From: Thermodesulfobacteriota bacterium
GTDB taxonomy: Bacteria; Desulfobacterota; BSN033; UBA1163
Direction of reading: 5' to 3'
DNA length: 64,000 bases
Assembly: GCA_049514515.1 (NCBI GenBank)
Contig: JBEKUZ010000014.1
Coordinates: 2,955 to 66,954, forward strand
Made by a program: the position numbers and the translations under genes
Notes under the pieces: model-generated
Database searches by the model: none
What the model was told of the DNA's origin: nothing
What the model saw: only the letters and a program-made list of their open reading frames with translations
Shown here: one piece after another, positions 35,651-45,769 of the stretch
How positions within the stretch are numbered: the first letter of the stretch is position 1
Layout: each line of letters starts with the position of its first letter

Positions 35651-35928
35651 TTTTTAAACCCCCAAAATCCCATTGAAAAGACAGGAGATTTTATTACAAC
35701 CGGAAGTAATTAAAAAAATGTAACGGTACGTACCGTTGCAAACCGTATCATATGCTTAAAATGGAGTCAATCTCAAAATGGAACTCTAAAAAAGCAGACC
35801 GTTACGCCACCCTGAAAGAAGGTGAGGTCTTATGGGCTAATCGAATTGGGAAGAAGGAGGATTATTATTCAGAAAAGCGGAACAACATCTATAAAAACGC
35901 CTTAAAGAGGAGCTGAAAGGAGGTTCAA

Positions 35929-36435
35929 ATGAAAGGAAATATTAAGAAGCTGGCTGTACTGGTGATTATCTTGGTTGCTTTTGGAACGGAGGCCAAGGCA
36001 CAAATTCCAAAGGAGGGTGCCATTTCAGAAACCTGCGCCTACAGCGGCACGTTTAAAGCCCTCCTCATGGGACAAGAACGTTTACAAATGACTTGGGAAT
36101 CAATGGGCATATCCCTCAGTGACACCGGTAAGGGTCTCCTTCACAACGCATCATTCCGCTGTCTCGGAGCGTTCCATGCCGTGAAAGGCGAGTACAATGA
36201 TGGTAGCGCTTCCTGCATCATGATCCGCCCGGACGGAGATCAAATATTCTTGACCATGAAAACCAGTGGCAAACTGGGAGGCGGGTCCAAAGGGACTCTT
36301 ACCATCGTCGGCGGCACAGGGAAATTGGTCGGCATACAAGGCAGCGCTGAATTTACCACATTCGATCTGCAGCCCGCTGCCGAAGGAACCTTCCAGGGCT
36401 ACAACAGATGGAAGGGCCAGTATAAGCTGCCATGA
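35929..36435 (+). CDS. secreted hypothetical protein (paralog of 37357)
   Basis: Signal peptide MKGNIKKLAVLVIILVAFGTEAKA and a shared GGTGK..GI.G motif. Confidence 0.6.
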   Translation: MKGNIKKLAVLVIILVAFGTEAKAQIPKEGAISETCAYSGTFKALLMGQERLQMTWESMGISLSDTGKGLLHNASFRCLGAFHAVKGEYNDGSASCIMIRPDGDQIFLTMKTSGKLGGGSKGTLTIVGGTGKLVGIQGSAEFTTFDLQPAAEGTFQGYNRWKGQYKLP

Positions 36436-36645
36436 GTGAACGAATGGAGGGACACTTCCCATCCTCTACGGTTAATCCTAAGCAACCCCTGACTTTTTTA
36501 ATATGGGGAATGTCCCTTCTACTCACATTTTTATTGAGAACCTATGTGGAGCTGGTTATGAAATGCAGTTTTTAAAAGATGCCTACCTGGTCAAATCATA
36601 TCAAAAGGTCTAACGAAAGGCTAAATAAGAGAGAGGAGGTAACGT

Positions 36646-37068
36646 ATGAAAACATCCGTTGTATTGGCAGTCAGCATTGTATTGGTGAGTATTTTCTTTT
36701 GTCATATGGTGATGGCTGTCCCTACTTTGCCGGCTGATCTTCAAATCGTCCAACCCGATCCTTCGTTACCAAAAGAACTATCAGCCTTTTTCGGTAAATG
36801 GGAGTGGATTTCCGACCCAGCGGAGTTCTTAATAATTGTAGAGAAAATTGACGCGGAAAAAGCAAGCCTTTATGTTTGGCGAAGTGGTTCCTGGCCACAA
36901 GGAACTCCAATGGGCTGGGAAAGAATTGAAGCCAAAGTAATCAAAAATCGTGGAAAATACAAACTTTCGTATCTTGCTCCTTATGGTAACGCTGAGTACA
37001 CCTTAATGGGAGAAGACTTAATTGGGTACTCTGGTTCAGACGGTTGGCAACTTAGAAAGGTCCCTTAA
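36646..37068 (+). CDS. secreted hypothetical protein
   Basis: Signal peptide and SD gagaggagg. The region is AT-rich. Confidence 0.55.
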   Translation: MKTSVVLAVSIVLVSIFFCHMVMAVPTLPADLQIVQPDPSLPKELSAFFGKWEWISDPAEFLIIVEKIDAEKASLYVWRSGSWPQGTPMGWERIEAKVIKNRGKYKLSYLAPYGNAEYTLMGEDLIGYSGSDGWQLRKVP

Positions 37069-37356
37069 GTTGAAGGAAAGACCCCTTGGGCAGGCTACTG
37101 AAAGAGGGTCCAAAGTGGCTCTGTGACGACCTCTGTGGTATTGAAAGCCAAAATCAAAAAACTGATATTGTTCCTCTATATTTTTATCCACAAGGTGTCC
37201 GTTTGGAGGGAGTTATGAAATGGAGTTTCCAGAAGATGCCCCTATTTAGGCTCCAAACGGATTCTTATGCCCCTTGGAGCCTTTCTGCCTTTCTTAAATT
37301 GCTCTTTCTTTATAAAAATTAGCTAAGTCTTCAAAACTAAAAAGGAGGAAACGATT

Positions 37357-37866
37357 ATGGCTGCAAAAAGGACGACATGGATTGTCTTGGGGATTTTCAT
37401 TATGGCTACTTGGCTTTTGGGTTCCGTTCCTCAAATAATGGCGGAAACCTTGAATGGGAAATATATCAACCGTGTTACGAAGATAGAATCTCTTCCAATT
37501 CCCGACGCTGAGGGACACTCGACCGGTATGACGGTGATAGAGGGAGCGTCCATATCTGAAAACGGAGAGTTGTCGTGGCAGAAGGTGGTTATCATTTTTG
37601 ACATGACTAAAGGAGTAGGACCTTTCTCCCAATATTGGACAAACACCTTCCAGGATGGATCAACAATGACAGGCTATAATAAAGGTATGGGTGACGGCGG
37701 CCCAACGGCCAAATGGACCAGTGAAATCATTAATGGAACGGGTCGATTCCAAGGGATCAAAGGAACAGTAACGAGCACCGCCAAGTTCTTTCCTCCTGAG
37801 AAAGGAGGGATAGGTTGGAAGACAGTTGGCGAATACACTATGACCTACACCCTCCCTTCCAAGTGA
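37357..37866 (+). CDS. secreted hypothetical protein (paralog of 35929)
   Basis: Signal peptide; SD aaaaggagg; C-terminal GTGRFQGIKGTVT motif. Confidence 0.6.
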   Translation: MAAKRTTWIVLGIFIMATWLLGSVPQIMAETLNGKYINRVTKIESLPIPDAEGHSTGMTVIEGASISENGELSWQKVVIIFDMTKGVGPFSQYWTNTFQDGSTMTGYNKGMGDGGPTAKWTSEIINGTGRFQGIKGTVTSTAKFFPPEKGGIGWKTVGEYTMTYTLPSK

Positions 37867-37895
37867 TTTTTGAGGATGAGGGGTAAGGGTAAGAG

Positions 37896-37934
37896 AAAAA
37901 GCCCAGGTTTAACGGCCTGGGCTTTCTATTTTGA
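37896..37934 (+). terminator. intrinsic terminator (GCCCAGG-tttaacgg-CCTGGGC followed by TTTCTATTTT)
   Basis: aagcccaggtttaacggcctgggctttctatttt. Confidence 0.65.
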
Positions 37935-38245
37935 GGATAATGATGAACGTTTCGTTTTCTGGTATATATGCTTTGTCTTCAGAAAGGCGAAAATGTCTCT
38001 ATATGATTTTCATCTATTGCATTGGGGATGAACAATTTCCATGGAAATCAGTAAGATAACACTTCGGTATTGCTTCCTTTTAAAAAACACCTGGTAAACA
38101 ATAAAGACTGTTTTCACAAGACACCGGTTGGTCAATTGCCCGATTAAGTTCAGAAATCGGAAAAAAGTATTGACATGGAAAATTGAAACAAATAATATTG
38201 CTTTTGATCAGGCAGGAAAGTTCATTACCCTAAAGGAGGTTTACC

Positions 38246-39505
38246 ATGAAGAGAAACCTTTTTCTAATTGGTATTTCATTCATTTGTCTGGCCATGATCG
38301 GAGAAGTGGGGATTGCCCAAGCACAGTCAACCGAACCCATCAAAATCGGATTTATGGGTAACCTCTCAGCCCCGTCCTCTATCAGCGCTAAAGCGGCGGC
38401 GATGATGGCAGTCGATGAGATGAATCAGGCCGGAGGTATTTTAGGCAGACAGATTAAGTTGATCGTTGAGGATACGAAGGGGGAAATTCCGAAATGTGTG
38501 GAAATATACAAGAAGCTGGTGATGGTGGACCGGGTCCTGGCTGTGTTCATCGGGGAAAAAGTTGAAATGGGGGTTGCTGGAATGGAAATCGGCGCTGAAT
38601 TATATCCGGAGTACCCCCACATTTTTTTCAGCACCATCGGGTCTGGGGACGACATCTGGCATCACGTAAGGGACAATTATAAAAAATATAAATTCGGATT
38701 TCAGACGTACTACTTCATTTCGACAAATTACTTGAAGATCTTGAGCGAGCTTAATAGCGAAGTGTTCAAGAAACTGATCAAGGCCAAGAAGGTGGCCATC
38801 GTGTACGAAGATATGGAATGGACCAAGCCCTTGCGCAAGGGGTTAAAAGATGTCTCCCCGCGTTTAGCCGAGGTTTACAAAAAGAACGGCCTGGAAGTGG
38901 TTTATGAAACGACCGTATCCTTGGACCAAAAAATGTTTTCTTCCGTGTTTGAAGAGATCGCGGCTTCCGGTGCAGGGGTAGTTGACTGTACCGTAGGGTA
39001 CATCGACGAAGCTGCCTTTATAAAGCAGTGGTCCCAATCGAGCGCCAGGAATATCCCGGTATCCCTCTGGGGAGGTCTTGCCGGCATGCCCCCGGCCTGG
39101 AAGATGACCGAAGGCAAAGTGGTCGGAGTCATGATTGGTTCCTCGATGGTGAAAGTTCCGATTACGAAAAAAACGATCCCCTTTATGGATAACCTTATGG
39201 CAAAATATAAAGTTGGACCCATTTTCGGGTCGCATACGACCTATGACAGCCTGTACGGATTTAAGAAGGCGATAGAAAAGGCAGGGGGCATCGGCAACAT
39301 CGAGGCCCTCATCAAGCAGTTAGAACAGGTGGAAGAGGTTGCTGTGCTGGGAACCATCGGATGGGAACCTCGCTACCATTACAATCTGCCCTACCCTAAG
39401 TACATCACCCCTATCGTGCAATGGCAAAAAGGGGAGATGAAAGTCATCTTTCCCTTACAGTTTAAGCAGGCAGATTATATCCCTCCAGATGATTTGAGGC
39501 GTTAA
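38246..39505 (+). CDS. ABC transporter periplasmic substrate-binding protein, branched-chain amino acid (LivK/LivJ) family
   Basis: Signal peptide, a PBP type-1 fold, and SD aaggagg. Confidence 0.8.
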   Translation: MKRNLFLIGISFICLAMIGEVGIAQAQSTEPIKIGFMGNLSAPSSISAKAAAMMAVDEMNQAGGILGRQIKLIVEDTKGEIPKCVEIYKKLVMVDRVLAVFIGEKVEMGVAGMEIGAELYPEYPHIFFSTIGSGDDIWHHVRDNYKKYKFGFQTYYFISTNYLKILSELNSEVFKKLIKAKKVAIVYEDMEWTKPLRKGLKDVSPRLAEVYKKNGLEVVYETTVSLDQKMFSSVFEEIAASGAGVVDCTVGYIDEAAFIKQWSQSSARNIPVSLWGGLAGMPPAWKMTEGKVVGVMIGSSMVKVPITKKTIPFMDNLMAKYKVGPIFGSHTTYDSLYGFKKAIEKAGGIGNIEALIKQLEQVEEVAVLGTIGWEPRYHYNLPYPKYITPIVQWQKGEMKVIFPLQFKQADYIPPDDLRR

Positions 39506-39633
39506 AGAAATCCGTCGCAGAAATCTCCCTCCTCCCTCCGGGGTTTAAGTTTCTTCTACTGGGAAACAGACCTTGGAAGCTTCGGCTTGACCATAGAAGG
39601 AGGAAAGATGCTCAACCATGTTGAGGGACTGAC

Positions 39634-40509
39634 ATGAGTTCCACCCTGCAATCGATCCTCGTCTATACTTTTATCTGGGGTTCCATCTACCTTTTAATCT
39701 CCCTGGGGTTTTCCCTGATTTGCGGAGTTTTGCGGATTTTCCACTTAGGATACGGAGTCATCTTTGTTATTGCCGCCTACGGGACATGGATGTTTATGGA
39801 GGACGTGGGGTTGGGATTCATCCCCAGTGTCCTCTTGATGCTTCTCGTGCAAATCGGAATCGCCGTGGTGGTATTCTATCGAGGGGTCTTTCAGCGATAC
39901 CTCGAAGAAGAGGAAATTCTTCTGACGTTATCTGTGCTCATCTCCATCGCCCTGATGCATCTGGCTAATTATCTGTATCCGGTCACGGCGGGCGTTAGCA
40001 TTCCTTCCACCATCATCGACGCTATGCTGAAGATCGGTGCCGTAAGGATCTCCTATCAAATGCTCCTGGCCGCCTTTGTGGGGATTGTCGTTACGTTCGT
40101 CTTTGTGCTGATGTTCTTGAAAACCAGAATCGGCCTGATCGTCCGGGCGATTAGCCAGAATCTGGAGGCGGCGACGTTGATGGGTGCGAATGTGACCAAA
40201 ATGTATTACCTGGCCATCATCTTATCCGTGATCCCTCCGACGATCTGCATGCTCATGATCGCCCCTTTCTGGGGGGTAGACCCTTTCATGGGATCTCCTT
40301 TACTCATGACCGCCATGCTCATCGCCATCCTGGGTGGATTGGGCAATTTAAAGGGAAGTATTGTTGCTTCCTACATGATTGGCTTTATCCATGCCACAGT
40401 TAGTTTCCTCTATGTTTCCCGGTTTATGGGGCTGGCGGCCTTAATCATCACCCTCATCGTGCTGATGATTAAGCGGGGGGGATTATTTGCCGGAGAGACA
40501 TTATGGTGA
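39634..40509 (+). CDS. livH: branched-chain amino acid ABC transporter permease (LivH-like)
   Basis: Multi-TM permease in operon context. Confidence 0.75.
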   Translation: MSSTLQSILVYTFIWGSIYLLISLGFSLICGVLRIFHLGYGVIFVIAAYGTWMFMEDVGLGFIPSVLLMLLVQIGIAVVVFYRGVFQRYLEEEEILLTLSVLISIALMHLANYLYPVTAGVSIPSTIIDAMLKIGAVRISYQMLLAAFVGIVVTFVFVLMFLKTRIGLIVRAISQNLEAATLMGANVTKMYYLAIILSVIPPTICMLMIAPFWGVDPFMGSPLLMTAMLIAILGGLGNLKGSIVASYMIGFIHATVSFLYVSRFMGLAALIITLIVLMIKRGGLFAGETLW

Positions 40510-41543
40510 GACTGGAATTCAGACGGGATCGGATCTTACTGCGCTGGGGAGAGCAGAAATATGAATGGGTGATCGAACCCCGGTATTGGAGGAACCCGGC
40601 TATTGGGGTTTTTCTTCTGGCGATTATCCCCTTATTCATCCTTCCCTACCCAAACATCTTAACCATGCTCACGAGTGCCAACCTATATGCCGCCATTGCC
40701 ATCCCTCTGGGCCTACAAATGATCGGTACGGCACGAGTGAATTTCGGGCCACAGCTCTATTTGGGATTAGGGGGATATACCTCTGCCTTGCTGAACTTGC
40801 ATCTCGGTTGGAGTCCGATCCCAACCCTCGGGGCCACGATTCTGGTTTGCGCCGCCGTAGCTCTCCTGCTCAGTCCCACCACGTTTATCGCCAAGGGGCT
40901 GTACTTTTCCCTCATCACACTGATCCTCCCCTTGACTTTCTTAGACGTCACCTTCCTCTATGGGGATATTTTCCGGGGCGAGGTTGGCTTGGTGGGAATG
41001 AGCCCGCTCTTCAACTTTGGCAAAGTCAAATGGAACTACCTCGGTTATTTCTATTTCTCTCTGCTGCTCATGCTCCTTTATCTATTTGTATCCGATAAAA
41101 TTAGTCGGTCGAGATTCGGAGTCACCTTAGCAGCCATTAATGAAAATGAGGATGTCGCCCGCATGATGGGCGTCGATGTCACCAAGTATAAAGTTTTTTA
41201 TTACGTTTTTCCTTCCATCCTGACGGGAATCGTCGCCTGGTTTATTGTCCATACCTTTCGAACTTTTGCAGGCATCACCTACCTTCCCCTCGATTTCATG
41301 ATCAAGATTCTGATCATCGTCATTATCGGAGGACGGGCTTTTGTATACGGAGCAGTGCCAGGTGCCTATCTCATCGCCGTGGTGGAGGACTCTTTGCGGG
41401 GGCTCGGTCCCATTAATTACTTTGTCTTTCCCCTTGTCTTAATTGGAGCCATTCTGATCCTCCCTCGCGGCGAAGGACTATGGGGTCTATACCACAAACG
41501 GCATCATCGAGATTATTTCCCTACCCTCCATGTGCGGAGATAG
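40503..41543 (+). CDS. livM: branched-chain amino acid ABC transporter permease (LivM-like)
   Basis: Multi-TM permease overlapping the upstream gene. Confidence 0.72.
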   Translation: MVRLEFRRDRILLRWGEQKYEWVIEPRYWRNPAIGVFLLAIIPLFILPYPNILTMLTSANLYAAIAIPLGLQMIGTARVNFGPQLYLGLGGYTSALLNLHLGWSPIPTLGATILVCAAVALLLSPTTFIAKGLYFSLITLILPLTFLDVTFLYGDIFRGEVGLVGMSPLFNFGKVKWNYLGYFYFSLLLMLLYLFVSDKISRSRFGVTLAAINENEDVARMMGVDVTKYKVFYYVFPSILTGIVAWFIVHTFRTFAGITYLPLDFMIKILIIVIIGGRAFVYGAVPGAYLIAVVEDSLRGLGPINYFVFPLVLIGAILILPRGEGLWGLYHKRHHRDYFPTLHVRR

Positions 41544-41547
41544 ATAC

Positions 41548-42291
41548 ATGTTAGAAGTAAGGGATGTCACCAAGCATTTTGGCGGGTTATGCGCGGTCAA
41601 TGAAGTGAGCTTCTCTGTGAAAGAAGGGGCGGTCGTGGGGCTCATCGGACCAAACGGAGCGGGCAAAACGACCCTTCTGAACCTTATCTGTGGAATTTAC
41701 AAACCGGACGCAGGAACCATTCGTTTTGCGGAAAAGGATATTACTGGCATGCCTTCCAATAGGATATGTCGCTTGGGCGTATCCAGAACCTATCAAATCC
41801 CGCAGCCCTTCTATGCGATGACCACCTTAACCGGGGTTGCGGTCAGTGTCATTCATGGGAAAAAACGACCGCACATGAGTCTGTCAGATGCGATCCTCGA
41901 AGCTTCTTACTACCTCGAGTTTGTCGGGTTGTTTTCTAAACGGGATACGCTCGCCCGGGAGTTAACCATATACGAATTGAGAATGCTCGAACTGGCAAGA
42001 GCGCTCGCGACAACTCCCAAGCTGTTGTTGCTTGACGAAGTCATGGCGGGTTTGAACCCGGCCGAATCCTCGAAGGCCTTAGAAATGATCTGGAATGCCC
42101 AAGAGCAATTCGACATCACCATCCTTTGGATAGAGCACATCATGAAAATCATCATGAATGCGGCCCAGCAAATCGTCGTTCTCCATTATGGCCAGAAAAT
42201 TGCTGAAGGAACTCCGCAAGAAATTGCCAACGATGCAAAAGTTATTGAGGCTTATTTGGGAGGTCAGTATGCTCAAAGTGGGCGACCTTAA
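41548..42291 (+). CDS. livG: ABC transporter ATP-binding protein (LivG-like)
   Basis: Walker A GPNGAGKTT, plus signature and Walker B (LLLDEVMAG). Confidence 0.8.
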   Translation: MLEVRDVTKHFGGLCAVNEVSFSVKEGAVVGLIGPNGAGKTTLLNLICGIYKPDAGTIRFAEKDITGMPSNRICRLGVSRTYQIPQPFYAMTTLTGVAVSVIHGKKRPHMSLSDAILEASYYLEFVGLFSKRDTLARELTIYELRMLELARALATTPKLLLLDEVMAGLNPAESSKALEMIWNAQEQFDITILWIEHIMKIIMNAAQQIVVLHYGQKIAEGTPQEIANDAKVIEAYLGGQYAQSGRP

Positions 42292-42973
42292 CGTCGCTTA
42301 TGGGGTAGTTCCTGTCCTTCATCAAGTAAGCCTCAAGGTAGAAGAGGATGAGATTGTGGCTCTCCTCGGTTCCAATGGAGCGGGCAAGACCACCCTGCTG
42401 AACACGATCTCCGGGCTGCTCAAATGTGCCTCCGGGGAAATCTCATTCATGGGCAAGTCCATAGAAAATTTACGTCCCCACCAGATCGTCGCTTCAGGAA
42501 TTGTCCAGGTCCCGGAGGGTAGAAAAATCTTCCCCTATCTCACCGTGAGGGAAAATCTTCTTATGGGATCTTGCCTGCCTCAAACCTGGAGGAGGAGAAA
42601 CAGCTTGTTGGAGAAGGTCTGTAGCATTTTCCCCATTTTGAAAGAACGGAGCCACCAGCGAGCCAGCCTCATGAGTGGAGGAGAGCAGCAGATGCTCGTC
42701 GTCGCCAGGGGTTTAATGGCCCAGCCCAGGTTGCTCATGATCGATGAGCCATCCTTGGGGTTGAGTCCATTGATGATGTCCCAGATCTATGGAGTGATGA
42801 GAACGTTTCCTCAGGAGCGAATCACCGTTTTGCTTTCCGAACAGAATGCACAACAGGCCCTGGAGATGGCCAATAGAGGCTATGTTCTGCAGGACGGCCA
42901 TGTGGTTTTGGAAGGGCCCAGCGAAAAACTTCTCAGCAGCGAGTTTGTAAAAAAGGCTTACGTGGGGATATAG
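42269..42973 (+). CDS. livF: ABC transporter ATP-binding protein (LivF-like)
   Basis: Walker A GSNGAGKTT, LSGGEQQML and LLMIDEPS. SD ggaggt. Confidence 0.8.
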   Translation: MLKVGDLNVAYGVVPVLHQVSLKVEEDEIVALLGSNGAGKTTLLNTISGLLKCASGEISFMGKSIENLRPHQIVASGIVQVPEGRKIFPYLTVRENLLMGSCLPQTWRRRNSLLEKVCSIFPILKERSHQRASLMSGGEQQMLVVARGLMAQPRLLMIDEPSLGLSPLMMSQIYGVMRTFPQERITVLLSEQNAQQALEMANRGYVLQDGHVVLEGPSEKLLSSEFVKKAYVGI

Positions 42974-42975
42974 AA

Positions 42976-44334
42976 ATGCCCGAGGATTATTTTTCTTTCA
43001 CCCAAAGAATGTTTGACGCTCGCAAGGCGCAGGAAAAGCCAGAAGCCCTGAAGGGGATTCGAGTTCTCGATCTCTCCCATATGATTTTTGGTCCGATTGC
43101 CGCCAAATTCCTCGCCCAATTTGGAGCGGAAGTGATTAAGGTTGAGGTTCCGTATCAGGGCGATCATTGGAGAGGGGCCACCTATTGGGGGAAGTACTGG
43201 AAACATTCCAACCCATTGTGGAATTTTATCAACCACAGCAAGTATTTCGTGGCGATCGATGTGAAGAAACCCAAAGGAAAAGAGTTAATCTTAAAATTGG
43301 CTGAAAAATCGGACGTGGTGATTGAGAATTTTACTTCCGGGACCGTGGAGGCATGGGGAATCGGGTATACCCAGGTGAGGAAGAAGAACCCAGGAGTCAT
43401 CTATGCCGGCCTGAGCACTTTCGGGCAATATGGGCCGTTCCGCTTCTTCCCGGGATGGGATCTTCTGGCTCAGGGGGCGAGCGGAATGTTAAGTTTGACG
43501 GGACATCCAGAGACAGACCGATTTTTTAAAATACCTGATTTCTACGGTGATTTTTTGCCGGGGTTTTTCGCCGGCATGATGATTATGATGGCCCTGCACC
43601 ATCGCCTGAAGACAGGAGAAGGGCAATATCTCGACGCCTGCCAGGCAGAGATTTTGATGCGCGGATTATTTCATTTCACCTACCAGTCTGTGACGAAGGA
43701 TGAGCTTGGGCGAACCGGCAATATGGATCCTGCGGCAGCCCCCTCTGGAATTTTCAAGACCCGCGACCAGAAGTTTATCGCCTTGGCCATTGCTACGGAT
43801 AAGCAGTTTGAGCACCTGTGCGAAGCGATGGATCGAACCGACCTGTTGGATGACGAAAGGTTCAAGAAGGCCTTCACCCGGCTCAAGAAAGAGAATGCCA
43901 CACATTTGCAAAAGATAGTCAACGTATGGGTAAGGTCTAAGGATGAAAAGGAACTTGTGGAGACTGCCAAACAATATGGTTTCCCGCTATCACCGGTTAT
44001 GGACGACCTGCAAATCTGCCAGGATGAGTGGCGAAGGGATCGGGGAAGTGTGCTCCTTCACGATGATGAGATGTACAAGAAACTGGCTCTGGCAGGACCT
44101 TTGGCCATGTTGAGTAAAACGCCCGCCAGGATTAAATGGCTCACCCGCCCCCTCGGTTACCATAATCGCTATATTTTTAAGAAACTACTGAAATTATCAG
44201 AAAAGGAGATAAAGGCTCTGGAGAAAGAAGGCGTGGTGGGCTATTGGGATTACCGGGTTGGCCAAAGGCCTCCTGTGTATTATGACATGGGTAAAGATCG
44301 GATTTTCAATTATGAAGGGAGTGAAGAACATTAA
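42976..44334 (+). CDS. family III CoA-transferase (CaiB/BaiF/Frc-like), subunit 1
   Basis: Characteristic N-terminus GIRVLDLSHMIFGPIAAKFLAQFGAEVIKVE. Confidence 0.8.
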   Translation: MPEDYFSFTQRMFDARKAQEKPEALKGIRVLDLSHMIFGPIAAKFLAQFGAEVIKVEVPYQGDHWRGATYWGKYWKHSNPLWNFINHSKYFVAIDVKKPKGKELILKLAEKSDVVIENFTSGTVEAWGIGYTQVRKKNPGVIYAGLSTFGQYGPFRFFPGWDLLAQGASGMLSLTGHPETDRFFKIPDFYGDFLPGFFAGMMIMMALHHRLKTGEGQYLDACQAEILMRGLFHFTYQSVTKDELGRTGNMDPAAAPSGIFKTRDQKFIALAIATDKQFEHLCEAMDRTDLLDDERFKKAFTRLKKENATHLQKIVNVWVRSKDEKELVETAKQYGFPLSPVMDDLQICQDEWRRDRGSVLLHDDEMYKKLALAGPLAMLSKTPARIKWLTRPLGYHNRYIFKKLLKLSEKEIKALEKEGVVGYWDYRVGQRPPVYYDMGKDRIFNYEGSEEH

Positions 44335-44413
44335 AGAGAGGACTTATTCGCGATATCTCCAAAAGAAAGGAGCAGGGAAGAGGATTTCCGAATGGAGCCA
44401 GTTTTTGACGGAA

Positions 44414-45667
44414 ATGACCTCTGCGGAGGGGAAACCAGAAGCTCTTGAAAACGCGGTGGTCCTCGATCTCAGCTATGCGAATTTCGCGGGCATCATGGCG
44501 GCAAGTTTTCTGGCTGAAGCAGGAGCGGAGGTGATCAAGGTTGAACCCCCTGAAGGCGATCCTTCAAGAGTGATGAGCCCGTTCGGTGTCAACCTGAAAG
44601 GAGTGGGGATTCCCTATCTGACGGAGAGTCGAAATAAGCGCCACATCACCCTGCAGTTGAATGAAGAGCGGGATCGAGAAAATCTCAAGAAAATGGCTGT
44701 CAAAGCGGATGTGCTCATCGAAACTTTTGCACCGGGAGAAATGGATTCCCTCGGAATTGGGTATCGGCAATTGAGTGAGCTAAACCCAAGCTTGGTTTAC
44801 GTGGCCATAACACCTTATGGTCATTTTACCTCGAAGGCCAAGAAATTTTCAAAAATACCCTGGGCTGATCTTACCAGCCAAGCCGAGTCCGGGCTTGCTG
44901 CCCTGATCGGGGACCTTCCCGATACCCCGGAGCCGTTTAACTGGCCCACGCGGGCCGGTTTTTACGCCGCCGGATATGCGACTGCTGTAGGAGCTGCCGG
45001 CGGAGCCCTGGTCGCTCTATTTCACCAGCGAATAACGGGGGAGGGGCAGATGGTAGATATAGCCTCCGCAGATGCCTATGCGTCCTGTGTGGGGTTTCCC
45101 TCGACCATTGGCTATGTATGGAAAAAACCGCGCCCGCGATATGGTACCCTCGATTACGGGTTATGCCCGTATGGTTTTTTCAAATGCCAGGATGGTTTTA
45201 TCGCGATCGCTTGTTTTCGAGATCAAGATTTCCGGGCTGCCTTGAAAATTTTGAGGCTTTGGAAATTGGAAGAAGATTGGAGGTCGCTGCTCGACAGGAT
45301 CACGGATGATATCGACAAAGTGAAGGAGCTAAACCGCAAAATAGAAGAAGCCGTAGCCCAGTACACCTATAAGGAAATATTTGAAAAGTTTTCCGCTTAC
45401 AGTGTAAAAGCAGCGCGCTCCAAATGGAGAGGCGGGGGACTGCCTGTGACCACAAAAATGCTGACCCCGAAGGAGGTCTTAGAGTCAGAACATTGGCGGG
45501 TGCGGCATACTTTCCATACCATAAACCATCCCACCTTCGGAATATTTACCGTTCCCGTCACGGGGAAAATGTCCAAAACCCCGATGCGGATTAAATGGGT
45601 TTCAGCAAATGTGGGGGAGGACAACGAATACATCTTCAAAAAATACGGCCTGAAGACGGGAGCTTAA
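44414..45667 (+). CDS. family III CoA-transferase, subunit 2 (paralog)
   Basis: VVLDLSYANFAGIMAASFLAEAGAEVIKVE. The start is chosen downstream of the upstream gene's stop; the ORF-track start at 44258 overlaps. Confidence 0.72.
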   Translation: MTSAEGKPEALENAVVLDLSYANFAGIMAASFLAEAGAEVIKVEPPEGDPSRVMSPFGVNLKGVGIPYLTESRNKRHITLQLNEERDRENLKKMAVKADVLIETFAPGEMDSLGIGYRQLSELNPSLVYVAITPYGHFTSKAKKFSKIPWADLTSQAESGLAALIGDLPDTPEPFNWPTRAGFYAAGYATAVGAAGGALVALFHQRITGEGQMVDIASADAYASCVGFPSTIGYVWKKPRPRYGTLDYGLCPYGFFKCQDGFIAIACFRDQDFRAALKILRLWKLEEDWRSLLDRITDDIDKVKELNRKIEEAVAQYTYKEIFEKFSAYSVKAARSKWRGGGLPVTTKMLTPKEVLESEHWRVRHTFHTINHPTFGIFTVPVTGKMSKTPMRIKWVSANVGEDNEYIFKKYGLKTGA

Positions 45668-45769
45668 ACCTGGGAAACCCAAGCATGTGTGGAAGCGTTG
45701 AATTCGAAAAAAGCCAGAAATTTTCCAGTAAAAAACGAGGATTCCTTCCTGCAGAAGGAGGAGGAAATT

